A stretch of DNA of 64,000 bases, from IMG/VR virus record IMGVR_UViG_3300023108_000002; one strand, given 5' to 3'. A program made the position numbers and the translations under genes. Shown in pieces: positions 1 through 9,061 of the stretch. The stretch comes from a virus. Lineage: Duplodnaviria > Caudoviricetes. The notes below the pieces were generated by a model. The model did not search any database, was not told where the DNA came from, and worked only from the letters and a program-made list of their open reading frames with translations. Numbering within the stretch: the stretch's first letter is position 1; each line of letters starts with the position of its first letter.

Positions 1-665
1 CTATTAGTATATTCGTTGGTGACTTGAGAGGTTCCTTTTACGGCAACTAGAGAAAGAGATGAAACTGACTGTAATAAATCATAACTGGATTGTCCATATG
101 AAGTGAATTCTAAACTCGCAAATGCAAGCGAGAAGTTTGCAGTTTTATTTACTGTATTGACACCTTCTGTCGCAGAAAATGTTAAATCGAAAGTACCTTC
201 GTCCGCTGGGTCATTTGTGCCTGGAGTAACTGTGAATTGATTTGTATTTGCACCAGTTCCTTGTTGAACTGTCGCAGTAGTACCAAGAGAACCAGATGTG
301 ACTGCATAACTCCAAGTTAAAGGTATTCCTTCTGGGTCTGAAGAAACGGCAGTAACAACTGTAGGTGTTCCATCTACAGCAAGATCGTATGTTGCATCCA
401 CTCCAGTAATAGCTGTGGGACTTTCATTTACTAATGCAACACTATACCAACCATTTCCATCATGGATATAAAAATGTCGTGTACTAGATACAAATGCCAT
501 GTCGCCAGTTGTATTTCCAGTTGAAGGCAAATTACTTATCGTTGCATAAACAGTTACGCCTCCGCCACCAATTTCACTAGTGGTGCCAGAAGAATCAATC
601 TGGGTGTCCAGTGAACCACCTTCGGACATCAATTGTGATAATTTTCTTGCTCTAGATGCAGGCAT
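1..665 (-). CDS. Virion fibre/receptor-binding-like protein, runs off the left edge (partial)
   Basis: Missed by the ORF track. ATG at 665 overlaps the upstream stop (TAATG). The frame is open to base 1 (MPASRARKLSQL...GWYSVALVNESPTAITGVDATYDLA...DPEGIPLTWSY) and carries the Ig/cadherin-like module shared with neighbouring fibre genes. Confidence 0.85.
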   Translation of the reverse strand, partial: MPASRARKLSQLMSEGGSLDTQIDSSGTTSEIGGGGVTVYATISNLPSTGNTTGDMAFVSSTRHFYIHDGNGWYSVALVNESPTAITGVDATYDLAVDGTPTVVTAVSSDPEGIPLTWSYAVTSGSLGTTATVQQGTGANTNQFTVTPGTNDPADEGTFDLTFSATEGVNTVNKTANFSLAFASLEFTSYGQSSYDLLQSVSSLSLVAVKGTSQVTNEYTN

Positions 666-1105
666 TAGATAAGACCTTTTTCTTTTAGTTTCTCTCTATT
701 TATGAGATGCAATTCTACTAATTCTTCTTTACTTTGGCCTTTATATGGGACAGCATGATGATTTTCTAACATTAGTGAAGTAATACTTCTTCGTGAAAAG
801 TTATTTTTAGAGTCTTTGTATTCAATTTCAAAATCTCCAAGAATTCTTCCAAATTTTCCTGTCTTGTCTTTTTGTGTTTTGATAGTTTGAATGGAACCAA
901 TTGGAAGCAATTCTTTTAGATATTCTTTTGCGGCCAGTCCATAAACTTTTTCTTCTTCGTTTTTCGTTCTGGATTCTGGTGTATCAATACCCATAATACG
1001 CACTCTTTCTCTATGCATCCAAATTCCGAATCCTAAATCAATGTCCACGTCTACTGTATCACCATCCACAATTCTTAAAATTTTACAATTATACTCATAT
1101 GCCAT
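665..1105 (-). CDS. Thermonuclease (staphylococcal nuclease-like) family protein
   Basis: RIVDGDT...RVRIMGIDTPES...DKTGKFGRILG motifs. Start moved to MAYEY at 1105, which has an AAGGA RBS. Confidence 0.85.
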   Translation of the reverse strand: MAYEYNCKILRIVDGDTVDVDIDLGFGIWMHRERVRIMGIDTPESRTKNEEEKVYGLAAKEYLKELLPIGSIQTIKTQKDKTGKFGRILGDFEIEYKDSKNNFSRRSITSLMLENHHAVPYKGQSKEELVELHLINREKLKEKGLI

Positions 1106-1109
1106 TATA

Positions 1110-3650
1110 TTATCCTTTAAACGGTGCTGTTGGTATGTTTGTAGTTTCATCTTCTGCACTGTATCTTGCATAATTACTTATTCTTAGATCTTGAACATAA
1201 CCATGATAAGGCCAATTAATACCTGTAGCACTAGAGTATTCACCTCCAATTATTATATGGTCTTTATCATAAGTAGTTGTTTTAGTACCAGATTGAGTGC
1301 TTCGTACACCATCAATCCAAGCTCTAAAAACATTACTAGAATCTCTACACACCGCTATATGATACCAAGTTCCTGTGCTCATAGCACCTGCTGCTCTAGA
1401 GAAGTTTATGTATCCACTATCATATATATCTACTCCAGTTCCGTTTGAATTAATTCTCATTTCAAGTTGATAATTTTCTAAACACCAAACATATCCAGAA
1501 TTGAACGTACTTGTATTAACCCAGCATTCTATTGTCAATTCGCCTGGAAGATAAATTTGGCTGTAGTGTCTTATATGATTAGGATTTGAGCCGGGGAAAT
1601 ACATTGATTTTGTATTAGCAAACTTAGCTTCAGCTGATGAACCTGTTGCAGTGCCAAAAACTTTCATATTGCCTGTTTGAGCTTTATCTATAACAGATGC
1701 GTCTGTGCCTTTAACATGTAATACAGAATTTGTAGTGCTCTGTGGTGCTGTAGGTACAGTAATAGTAGAAGCTGTAGCATCAAACTGACTCGTGCCGACC
1801 TCATACTTAAAATCTGCAATAGTTCCCATTGCTGAATTCATTGCGGTGCCTGTTGATTCTCCAGCATAACCTACATAAAAATTAGCTAAACCAGACGCTG
1901 ATATATTAATATTAGAAGTTGTTGTATTACATCTTTTTCCGTTTAAATAGTAAGATAAAGAGCCTCCGCTTCTACAGAACGCAATGTGATTCCAAGCATT
2001 AACCTGAACAGTGCTGTTTGTTTTTCCAGAAGCCATATCTGCATAATTTGGATATCCCCATCTTACATCTAATTGACTACCACTTTGATATAATATGTCC
2101 CAGCCAGGACAGTTTGTCGGATATGAAACATAATTAGCATCTCCGACAAGTTGTCTAGTAGTGCCTGGAGATGTTGTTGGATAATACCAAAATGAAACAC
2201 AGAATGGATCTGTGCCTGATGGTTTTAGTGTGCTGGAATGTGGAACAGAAAGATAATCATTGTCATTGGGCATGGAGACAGACCCACCGTGATCGCTTGC
2301 TGAGTATTCTAAGTTGTCGTAAGGGCCGAATGGTTTTGTTGAAGTATTGCCGTTTACTGTGATTGAGAGAGCGCTAGAAGAACCATCTGCTATATATGGA
2401 AGGTGGCAAGCAAGAAGTTGTGTATTTGTAATTGCAGTTAAGTGTGCGGTTGGTGGAGTGAACGCAGCAGAATATACAGCGGCACCTTTAACAAATCTAA
2501 AATCAGCAATATAACCAGTGAAATGTCTATTTACGGTAGTATTTGAAGAAGCCCCAATACGGATATTACTACCTCCTGTGGTAGATGCAGTTATTGAGGA
2601 TGTGTAATTCTGAACACCATCAACATAAGCTGTAACTGTTGTTCCACTGTTCGTAATTACCCAAGCAAGATGATGCCAATTACCATCATTTATTGTACTA
2701 ACTCCTGTATTGGGTGGATTATTAATCCAACCGGCTGAGTTTGAATAAAAAACTTGATAGCCGTTGTATAATCCAACTTCCATTCCGTTGTAGGGAGAAG
2801 ATGGATCAAAATTACTAAATATTGCAACGTGTCCAGTTACTGTCGTATTTACCCACGCTTCGATTGTTGTGTTTGATGTTTCGGGGAGAAGGTTAGTTGC
2901 TGTGGCAGATAGCTGTAAATAATCTGATCCATCGAAGTAAGTGCTATATCCACCATGCCGATATGGACTAAACGTACCTGCATGAGCATCGCCGTTTGCT
3001 GTGATTGTATGGTTGTTAACTGAACTATCGGTTATATTGTTGTTGTCTGATGTATCTACTGCTGTTGCTAAAAGAGTTGTATAATTACTGTTTGCAATAA
3101 AAAATTCCAGAGTGATTGATGTATTTGCATTCACTGCTCCACTAACACCATCAGTTGCATTAATTGTAAGAGTAAATGTTCCGAAATTAGCTTCATCGGT
3201 GCTAGGTGTAATAGTAAATACATTATCCGTTTGACTTATCGTAGCAATACTACCAAGTCCAGATGTTGAATAACTCCATGTCAAAGGGAATCCTTCAGGG
3301 TCTGTAGAAACCCCTGTGATTACAGTAGGTGTTCCATCTATAGCAAGCGAATAAGTTCCATCTACTCCAGTGATTGCACTTGGAGAATCGTTTTGAACAG
3401 TTGCCACTTTATACCAACCAGTACCAGAATAGATATAAAGATTATTGTTTGCTTGAACGAATACTTGGTCACCATCAGTCATTCCAGTTTTTGCAATCAG
3501 TGCAGCCATATCTGCAACAGTCGAAACTGATGAACTGCCAGCCGCCGCGGCCCTCCATACTGTTTTTGTTGCATTGTATGTATATGTAACACCATTCGCT
3601 ACATGCGTATCACCGTCTACTGGACTATTTGGAAAATTTACTGCTGCCAT
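1110..3650 (-). CDS. Fibre/virion protein with LamG (concanavalin A-like) domains
   Basis: MAAVNFPNSP N-terminus and the shared DPEG.PLTWSY module, then three LamG-like repeats (TIEAW, WHHLAW, WNHIAF, WYHIAV, GYIADFR). Confidence 0.85.
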   Translation of the reverse strand: MAAVNFPNSPVDGDTHVANGVTYTYNATKTVWRAAAAGSSSVSTVADMAALIAKTGMTDGDQVFVQANNNLYIYSGTGWYKVATVQNDSPSAITGVDGTYSLAIDGTPTVITGVSTDPEGFPLTWSYSTSGLGSIATISQTDNVFTITPSTDEANFGTFTLTINATDGVSGAVNANTSITLEFFIANSNYTTLLATAVDTSDNNNITDSSVNNHTITANGDAHAGTFSPYRHGGYSTYFDGSDYLQLSATATNLLPETSNTTIEAWVNTTVTGHVAIFSNFDPSSPYNGMEVGLYNGYQVFYSNSAGWINNPPNTGVSTINDGNWHHLAWVITNSGTTVTAYVDGVQNYTSSITASTTGGSNIRIGASSNTTVNRHFTGYIADFRFVKGAAVYSAAFTPPTAHLTAITNTQLLACHLPYIADGSSSALSITVNGNTSTKPFGPYDNLEYSASDHGGSVSMPNDNDYLSVPHSSTLKPSGTDPFCVSFWYYPTTSPGTTRQLVGDANYVSYPTNCPGWDILYQSGSQLDVRWGYPNYADMASGKTNSTVQVNAWNHIAFCRSGGSLSYYLNGKRCNTTTSNINISASGLANFYVGYAGESTGTAMNSAMGTIADFKYEVGTSQFDATASTITVPTAPQSTTNSVLHVKGTDASVIDKAQTGNMKVFGTATGSSAEAKFANTKSMYFPGSNPNHIRHYSQIYLPGELTIECWVNTSTFNSGYVWCLENYQLEMRINSNGTGVDIYDSGYINFSRAAGAMSTGTWYHIAVCRDSSNVFRAWIDGVRSTQSGTKTTTYDKDHIIIGGEYSSATGINWPYHGYVQDLRISNYARYSAEDETTNIPTAPFKG

Positions 3651-3651
3651 G

Positions 3652-4437
3652 TTACGCTCCCAATTCCAATGCAATAATTGTACTGATATATCTTCCACCA
3701 GTAGCATTATCCTGATCGTTGTTTGATCTATTAAGATGAAATGCGAAATTATTATCGTTATTTACATATAATTGATATATAACCTCAGATGTAGTTGCTG
3801 GTTCATCGATAAACTGTAAAATAAATGAATTTGCTTGATTTGCATCAGAAGCAAGAGCTAAAGGAATAGATGTCCTTTGCCGAGACCCTGCCGCATCACC
3901 TATGAATATATCTTGATATGCGCCACCATCAATACTTCTTTTAAACCACGCTTTATATGTTGTTCCTTGTGTTCCATATGAGATTTGTGCAGTGAGATAA
4001 ATTTTATTTGATGCAGAACTTGGTGTTATTGTAACAGACATACCAGTTACTGCCATTTCTGTTCCGTTTGCAGTTCCAACAAATGTATCAGTTTTTGATG
4101 TAAATTGAGACTGTATGATACCGCTTGCCCCATCTGCTCCATCCGCGCCTGCTGTTCCATCTGCTCCATCTGTTCCCGCTGGACCTGCTGGGCCCTGTGA
4201 ATTATTTGAGATTACCCATTGAGAACTTGTTCCATCATTATAATATACATATGTTTCCAGAACACTTGGATCAAACCACATATCACCTTCTTTTGGATTT
4301 GTCGGCGCAGTTTCAGATACGGTATATAGAGAACCACTAGCATCCCACGCTCCAGATGTAGAGTCGAATGTGTAGGTTGTGTTTCCTACTAGTATAGTGT
4401 CTCCGTTATTTGGATTGCTTGGAAAATTGATTGCCAT
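3652..4437 (-). CDS. Short fibre protein with a collagen-like segment
   Basis: MAINFP start, APTNPKEGDMWF module, GPAGPAGTDGADG repeats, beta-rich C-terminal domain. Confidence 0.8.
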   Translation of the reverse strand: MAINFPSNPNNGDTILVGNTTYTFDSTSGAWDASGSLYTVSETAPTNPKEGDMWFDPSVLETYVYYNDGTSSQWVISNNSQGPAGPAGTDGADGTAGADGADGASGIIQSQFTSKTDTFVGTANGTEMAVTGMSVTITPSSASNKIYLTAQISYGTQGTTYKAWFKRSIDGGAYQDIFIGDAAGSRQRTSIPLALASDANQANSFILQFIDEPATTSEVIYQLYVNNDNNFAFHLNRSNNDQDNATGGRYISTIIALELGA

Positions 4438-4450
4438 TTACTTTAGTTCC

Positions 4451-6202
4451 TTAAAATGTAATAGATCCTGATTGAGTAAATTGATATATATTATATGATC
4501 CGTCCGTAGTAATTGTTGGAGAGCCTGTAGTTGAGGTGGCGGTGTCAATTGAGCGAATGATTACAATACCATCTGCACCCGCTGTTGGCGTTCCGTGATT
4601 TGGCACCGCGCCGCCACCAGAGCCACCACCCCCCGAACCCGTATTTGGCGTGGGGCTACCCGCTGCACCCGTTCCGGCACCACCGTTTCCTCCAACACCA
4701 GATCCACCAGCTGCGTTGCCGGCCGTGTTGTATGTGCCACCGCCGCCACCCCCAGCATAGTAAAGTGCGGTTCCAGTTATACTATTTTGAAGACCTGCGC
4801 CTCCAGCACCTCCGATACTGCCAGCATTTGCACCAGCCCCGCCAGCGCCACCACCACCACCAGCATGGTATGGAGCGGATGTATGGCCTACGCCGCCATC
4901 GTTACCCTGTCCAACTGTGCCTGTTCCCGCTGTTACTCCATTATGTCCACCCCCGCCGCCAGATCCACCATCCAGAGCGGCGCCGGTTGTCCCTCCCCCA
5001 CCACCACCAATAGCTGTTATTGTATTGAATGCTGTGCCGGAAATAGAACTATCGAGGCCGTTTGAACCTGGCGCTGATTGACCATTCCCGGCCGCCCCAC
5101 CAGTTCCAACAACAATATTGTATGTAGTACCAATATTTAATGTTTGATTTGTAGAATAGATATAGCCGCCAGCACCGCCACCGCCGCCGTGACGCATACC
5201 TCCACCACCACCACCACCGACTACTAGATAATCAACGGTACTAATAAATGCCAATGAAAGAGTGCAAAATCGGGTTGTGGTTTTTGCGCCATCACTGGCA
5301 CTTAATCTGACCTTTACGCTTCCAGCATCAGCAATATTTGTAGATGGAGTAAAAGTATATACTCCATTTGAATCTACAGATGCGGCACTCGACAGTAAGC
5401 TTGGCAAAGTATTGTTTGTTGTTCCATAAACAATACCATATGATATATCAAATCCTTCTGGGTCTTCCGCAACCATTGTAACTGTACTTGTGGTTCCATT
5501 ACTATTAAGAGTGTGTGTTGTTGGTGGTTCAGTAATAATTATAGGACTTTCATCATTTCCAGAAGATATTCTATCCCATTCGGTTCCATCCCATACATAT
5601 AATGCTTTGGTATCTTGTGCAAATGCGAAGTCACCTTCTGTAGTTCCATTTGCAAATGCAGCAAAGTTTGCATATGCAGTGACTGAAGAACCAGCTGCTC
5701 CCGCAGCCCCATCTGCACCATCCACTCCAAGAGGATTTGTTGCAACCCATTGTGCGCTTGAACCATCATCATAGTATACATATGTTTTTAAGTTTGCAGA
5801 ATTGAACCACAAATCTCCGCTAGATGCGCCGCTTGGTGCTGTATCAGAGACACTATGTCTTGTTAGATTTGATGCTGTCGGTTGATGAAAGACAATATCA
5901 ACTTCATCTGATAGTGACAATGCAGTATCAAAAGTGATAGAGGTTCCGCTTGTAGCTGTCACATCTTGTGGGTTTAACATAACACCATTTACTGACACAA
6001 TAACTGCTGCGGCCGGATCGTAGTTTACATTATGAACTGTTTGTCCTGCCGTTGCAACAAATGTGGAACGAGAAGTAGAGGCAACAATCTGCTCTTGTTT
6101 TTTGACTAGCCAATAACCTCTTGTGGAGTCAAAAACAAAGATTTGTCCATTTTCTGTATGAGTTTGTCCATTCACAGGACTTGCTGGAAATGATATGGCC
6201 AT
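4451..6202 (-). CDS. Fibre protein with a glycine-rich (polyglycine II-like) head
   Basis: MAISFPASP start, GDLWF module, DPEG module, C-terminal YLVVGGGGGGG...GADGIVIIR. Confidence 0.8.
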   Translation of the reverse strand: MAISFPASPVNGQTHTENGQIFVFDSTRGYWLVKKQEQIVASTSRSTFVATAGQTVHNVNYDPAAAVIVSVNGVMLNPQDVTATSGTSITFDTALSLSDEVDIVFHQPTASNLTRHSVSDTAPSGASSGDLWFNSANLKTYVYYDDGSSAQWVATNPLGVDGADGAAGAAGSSVTAYANFAAFANGTTEGDFAFAQDTKALYVWDGTEWDRISSGNDESPIIITEPPTTHTLNSNGTTSTVTMVAEDPEGFDISYGIVYGTTNNTLPSLLSSAASVDSNGVYTFTPSTNIADAGSVKVRLSASDGAKTTTRFCTLSLAFISTVDYLVVGGGGGGGMRHGGGGGAGGYIYSTNQTLNIGTTYNIVVGTGGAAGNGQSAPGSNGLDSSISGTAFNTITAIGGGGGGTTGAALDGGSGGGGGHNGVTAGTGTVGQGNDGGVGHTSAPYHAGGGGGAGGAGANAGSIGGAGGAGLQNSITGTALYYAGGGGGGTYNTAGNAAGGSGVGGNGGAGTGAAGSPTPNTGSGGGGSGGGAVPNHGTPTAGADGIVIIRSIDTATSTTGSPTITTDGSYNIYQFTQSGSITF

Positions 6203-6229
6203 GACTTACCTTTTATAATGCATTCGTTC

Positions 6230-6243
6230 TATTTATATAAATA
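6230..6243. promoter_or_regulatory. Two overlapping, divergent T4-type late promoters
   Basis: Perfect palindrome TATTTATATAAATA, giving TATAAATA on each strand, between divergent genes starting at 6202(-) and 6275(+). Confidence 0.8.
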
Positions 6244-6274
6244 AAACATACTATAATTTTTAGTGGAGAACTAA

Positions 6275-7546
6275 ATGATACTATCTGTAACTTTATTATT
6301 GGTCGCGATTGCATTATCTGTAGTCGCTGCATATTACTCCATTGCTGGATTGATTACAATCTTTGCAGCGGCAGTAATGCCAGTAATTGTTATGGCTTCT
6401 GTTTTAGAAGTTGCCAAGGTTTTAACGGCTGCTTGGTTGTCGCATAATTGGAAAAGAGTTAACTTTTTTCTAAAATCATACTTGACTCTTGCAGTTATTG
6501 TACTTATGTTTATAACCAGTTTAGGTATATTTGGATTTCTATCAAAGGCACATATTGAACAAACTGCTGGAAATAGAGAAAATGTTGCTCAAATTGAGAT
6601 TGTAGAAAAGAATATTGCAAGATTAGAAGAGTCTATTAATGAGTATGAACTTCAAATTGAAAAGATAGAAAATTCTGATATGAATAAGAATGCTGAAATC
6701 AATTCTGAAATATCAAAAGAAGAGAGCAGAGTCGAATCTGCAATTCGAAACTATCAATTATTAGTTGATGAACAAAATGAAATAATCTCATCCGCAAGTA
6801 AAAAACTAGAACTGATTGAAAAGTATATTGAAGAGAATGATATTGTTTCTTTGCAGGCGCTTGTTGGTACAACTCCAGACGGAAGATATGGACCAAATAC
6901 TGCATCAAAAGTAAATGACTTTAGAGAGAAAGAAGAGGATCGTGTAGATACAATAATTTCATCTGCAAGAATTCGTATTAATGATTTGAGAGATTTGCAA
7001 GCAGCAGAAAGAACTCAAAGTAATGAGTTAATTGATAGACTTCGTAGTAAAATAAAACTGGATGAATTGGATGAAAAAGATCGTGAAAGAATTGAAAATT
7101 TAAAGCAAAAAATTATTGACACAGAGAATGATTTGGGTGTATTAAGGAATGATAAATTTGAATTCGAAAAGGAAGTAAGAAAAATAGAAGCCGAAGTGGG
7201 ACCAGTAAAATATGTCGCAGAAGTACTTTATGATAATGTAGATGAAGATATACTTGAGGATGCTGTCAGATTTGTGATTTTATGTTTAATTTTTGTTTTT
7301 GACCCACTTGCAATTCTTTTGGTTATTGCTAGCACATCATCAATAGTATATTATAGAGAAATTAAAAAGGGAACAAATCTTACACATTTATCCGAAAAGG
7401 ATTTTGAACAAGAAAGTGTTATTCCGCCACTTGGAATGGATATGTTAAAACCTAGAACGGAAGAAATAAAAAAAAAGCCTAACTTCAACGATCCGATTGA
7501 GAGATGGACAGAAGAGAGACTTGAAGACCACATTAGATTAGAATAG
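6275..7546 (+). CDS. Membrane-anchored coiled-coil protein with a putative peptidoglycan-binding insert
   Basis: Three N-terminal hydrophobic helices, a long E/K-rich coiled coil, the motif LQALVGTTPDGRYGPNTASKV, and a further TM helix (FVILCLIFVFDPLAILLVIA). Confidence 0.7.
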   Translation: MILSVTLLLVAIALSVVAAYYSIAGLITIFAAAVMPVIVMASVLEVAKVLTAAWLSHNWKRVNFFLKSYLTLAVIVLMFITSLGIFGFLSKAHIEQTAGNRENVAQIEIVEKNIARLEESINEYELQIEKIENSDMNKNAEINSEISKEESRVESAIRNYQLLVDEQNEIISSASKKLELIEKYIEENDIVSLQALVGTTPDGRYGPNTASKVNDFREKEEDRVDTIISSARIRINDLRDLQAAERTQSNELIDRLRSKIKLDELDEKDRERIENLKQKIIDTENDLGVLRNDKFEFEKEVRKIEAEVGPVKYVAEVLYDNVDEDILEDAVRFVILCLIFVFDPLAILLVIASTSSIVYYREIKKGTNLTHLSEKDFEQESVIPPLGMDMLKPRTEEIKKKPNFNDPIERWTEERLEDHIRLE

Positions 7547-7555
7547 GAGATTGAC

Positions 7556-8263
7556 TTGAAAGTTAAATTGATTAGTTACACTAAATCAGCAGAAGATTTG
7601 AGTGAAGAGGGAGTAGAAACTTTACAAGACTTGGTTGCATATTGTGCAAAAGTTTCAAACCCATCAAATCAAATAAACAAGAAAACAAGCGATAAATTGA
7701 TAAAATATCTTATCAAACATGCCCATTGGTCTCCATTAGAAATGGTGGATGTGACTTTGGAAATTGAAACAACAAGAGATATTGCTCATCAAATTGTTCG
7801 CCATCGTAGTTTTTCTTTTCAAGAGTTTTCGCAGAGATATGCAGAACCAAAAGAGATGGGCGAGTGGTTTGTAAAAAGAGAATGTAGACTTCAAGATACA
7901 AAAAACAGACAAAACAGCATTGAAATTGAAAATGATCCGAGTTTAGTAGAAAACAGAGAACATCAAGATTTGATTGCAGAATGGGGTCGTAGACAATCGG
8001 GCGTAATTGAAACTGCAAGAAAGGCCTATGAGTGGGCAATTGAAAATGGAATTGCAAAAGAACAAGCTAGAGTTTTGCTTCCAGAAGGACTTACAAAAAC
8101 AAGACTATATATGAAAGGAAGTTTGCGTAGTTGGCTACATTATATTGCTCTTAGAGGAGCAAACGGCACGCAAAAAGAGCATATGATAATAGCAAAACAA
8201 TGTGCAGAAATCATTAGCGACATATTTCCCATGATTTGGGATCTCAATAATATAAATAGATAG
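7556..8263 (+). CDS. thyX: FAD-dependent thymidylate synthase ThyX
   Basis: HWSPLEM and the signature RHRSFSFQEFSQRY, ARVLLP, HYIALR. TTG start with an AGGAG RBS. Confidence 0.95.
   Translation: MKVKLISYTKSAEDLSEEGVETLQDLVAYCAKVSNPSNQINKKTSDKLIKYLIKHAHWSPLEMVDVTLEIETTRDIAHQIVRHRSFSFQEFSQRYAEPKEMGEWFVKRECRLQDTKNRQNSIEIENDPSLVENREHQDLIAEWGRRQSGVIETARKAYEWAIENGIAKEQARVLLPEGLTKTRLYMKGSLRSWLHYIALRGANGTQKEHMIIAKQCAEIISDIFPMIWDLNNINR
8251..8258 (+). promoter_or_regulatory. T4-type late promoter
   Basis: TATAAATA inside the 3' end of thyX, upstream of the gene at 8345. Confidence 0.55.
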
Positions 8264-8344
8264 AAAGCGATTGATATCGAGGTGAATATTTTTCTCATGT
8301 TTTAATATAATTTTTTATTATAAAAAAATAATTAGGAGAAAAAT

Positions 8345-8827
8345 ATGATTGACCCGATTACAGCAATTGGGGCAGCAACGGCTGCGTTCAATGGAGTTAA
8401 AAAGTTAGTCCATGCCGGAAGAGAGATAGAAGATGTTGTCGGTCAATTGGGCAAATGGTATGGGGCTGCAGCAGATTTAGGGCGTGCTGAAACGCAAAGA
8501 AAAAATCCACCAATATTTACTAAGCTTTTTAGTAGCGGTTCTGTTGAACAGGAAGCTTTAGAGATTCTTGTTCATAAGAAAAAATTACAAGAACAAGAGA
8601 AACAACTAGAAGAGATGTTAAATATTCGGTTTGGTTTTGGAACTTGGCGCGAAATGATTGAACTTCGTAGAAAAATTCGCAAAGAAAGAGAAGAAACAGT
8701 TTATAGGCAACAAGAAAGACGCAGAGCATTTTTAGAAGGAATTGCTGTTATTTTTCTTACAGTATTTCTATTTGGACTTATTGTGTTTATTATTTGGTTT
8801 CTTGGCACAGGAGCCAACTGGTGGTAA
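8345..8827 (+). CDS. Hypothetical protein with a C-terminal transmembrane helix
   Basis: AGGAG RBS, charged helical core, hydrophobic C-terminus. Confidence 0.75.
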   Translation: MIDPITAIGAATAAFNGVKKLVHAGREIEDVVGQLGKWYGAAADLGRAETQRKNPPIFTKLFSSGSVEQEALEILVHKKKLQEQEKQLEEMLNIRFGFGTWREMIELRRKIRKEREETVYRQQERRRAFLEGIAVIFLTVFLFGLIVFIIWFLGTGANWW

Positions 8828-9046
8828 ATGACACATGTATTTTTATTAGTTGTTATACTTGGATCAAAAACTATTAGCCAAGACATGTATTTTTGGGATA
8901 TAAACCGTTGTAATTATTTTGCATCGCAGATTGTAAAAAGATACGGAAACTATAGATATTATCGTAGTGTTCCAGAAGAACATCGTGCAACAGCATATTG
9001 CAAACCAGTTCTAACTGATCCTAAAAAAATCAAAATATATGAATAA
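8828..9046 (+). CDS. Small hypothetical protein with two cysteines
   Basis: Directly abuts the upstream stop. Hydrophobic N-terminus, RCNYFA and TAYCKP. Confidence 0.7.
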   Translation: MTHVFLLVVILGSKTISQDMYFWDINRCNYFASQIVKRYGNYRYYRSVPEEHRATAYCKPVLTDPKKIKIYE

Positions 9047-9061
9047 TTAGACCAAGAAATA

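Noticed and set aside
8309-8330. AT-rich hairpin before the 8345 gene
   Set aside because: All A-T pairs, expected by chance in this composition.
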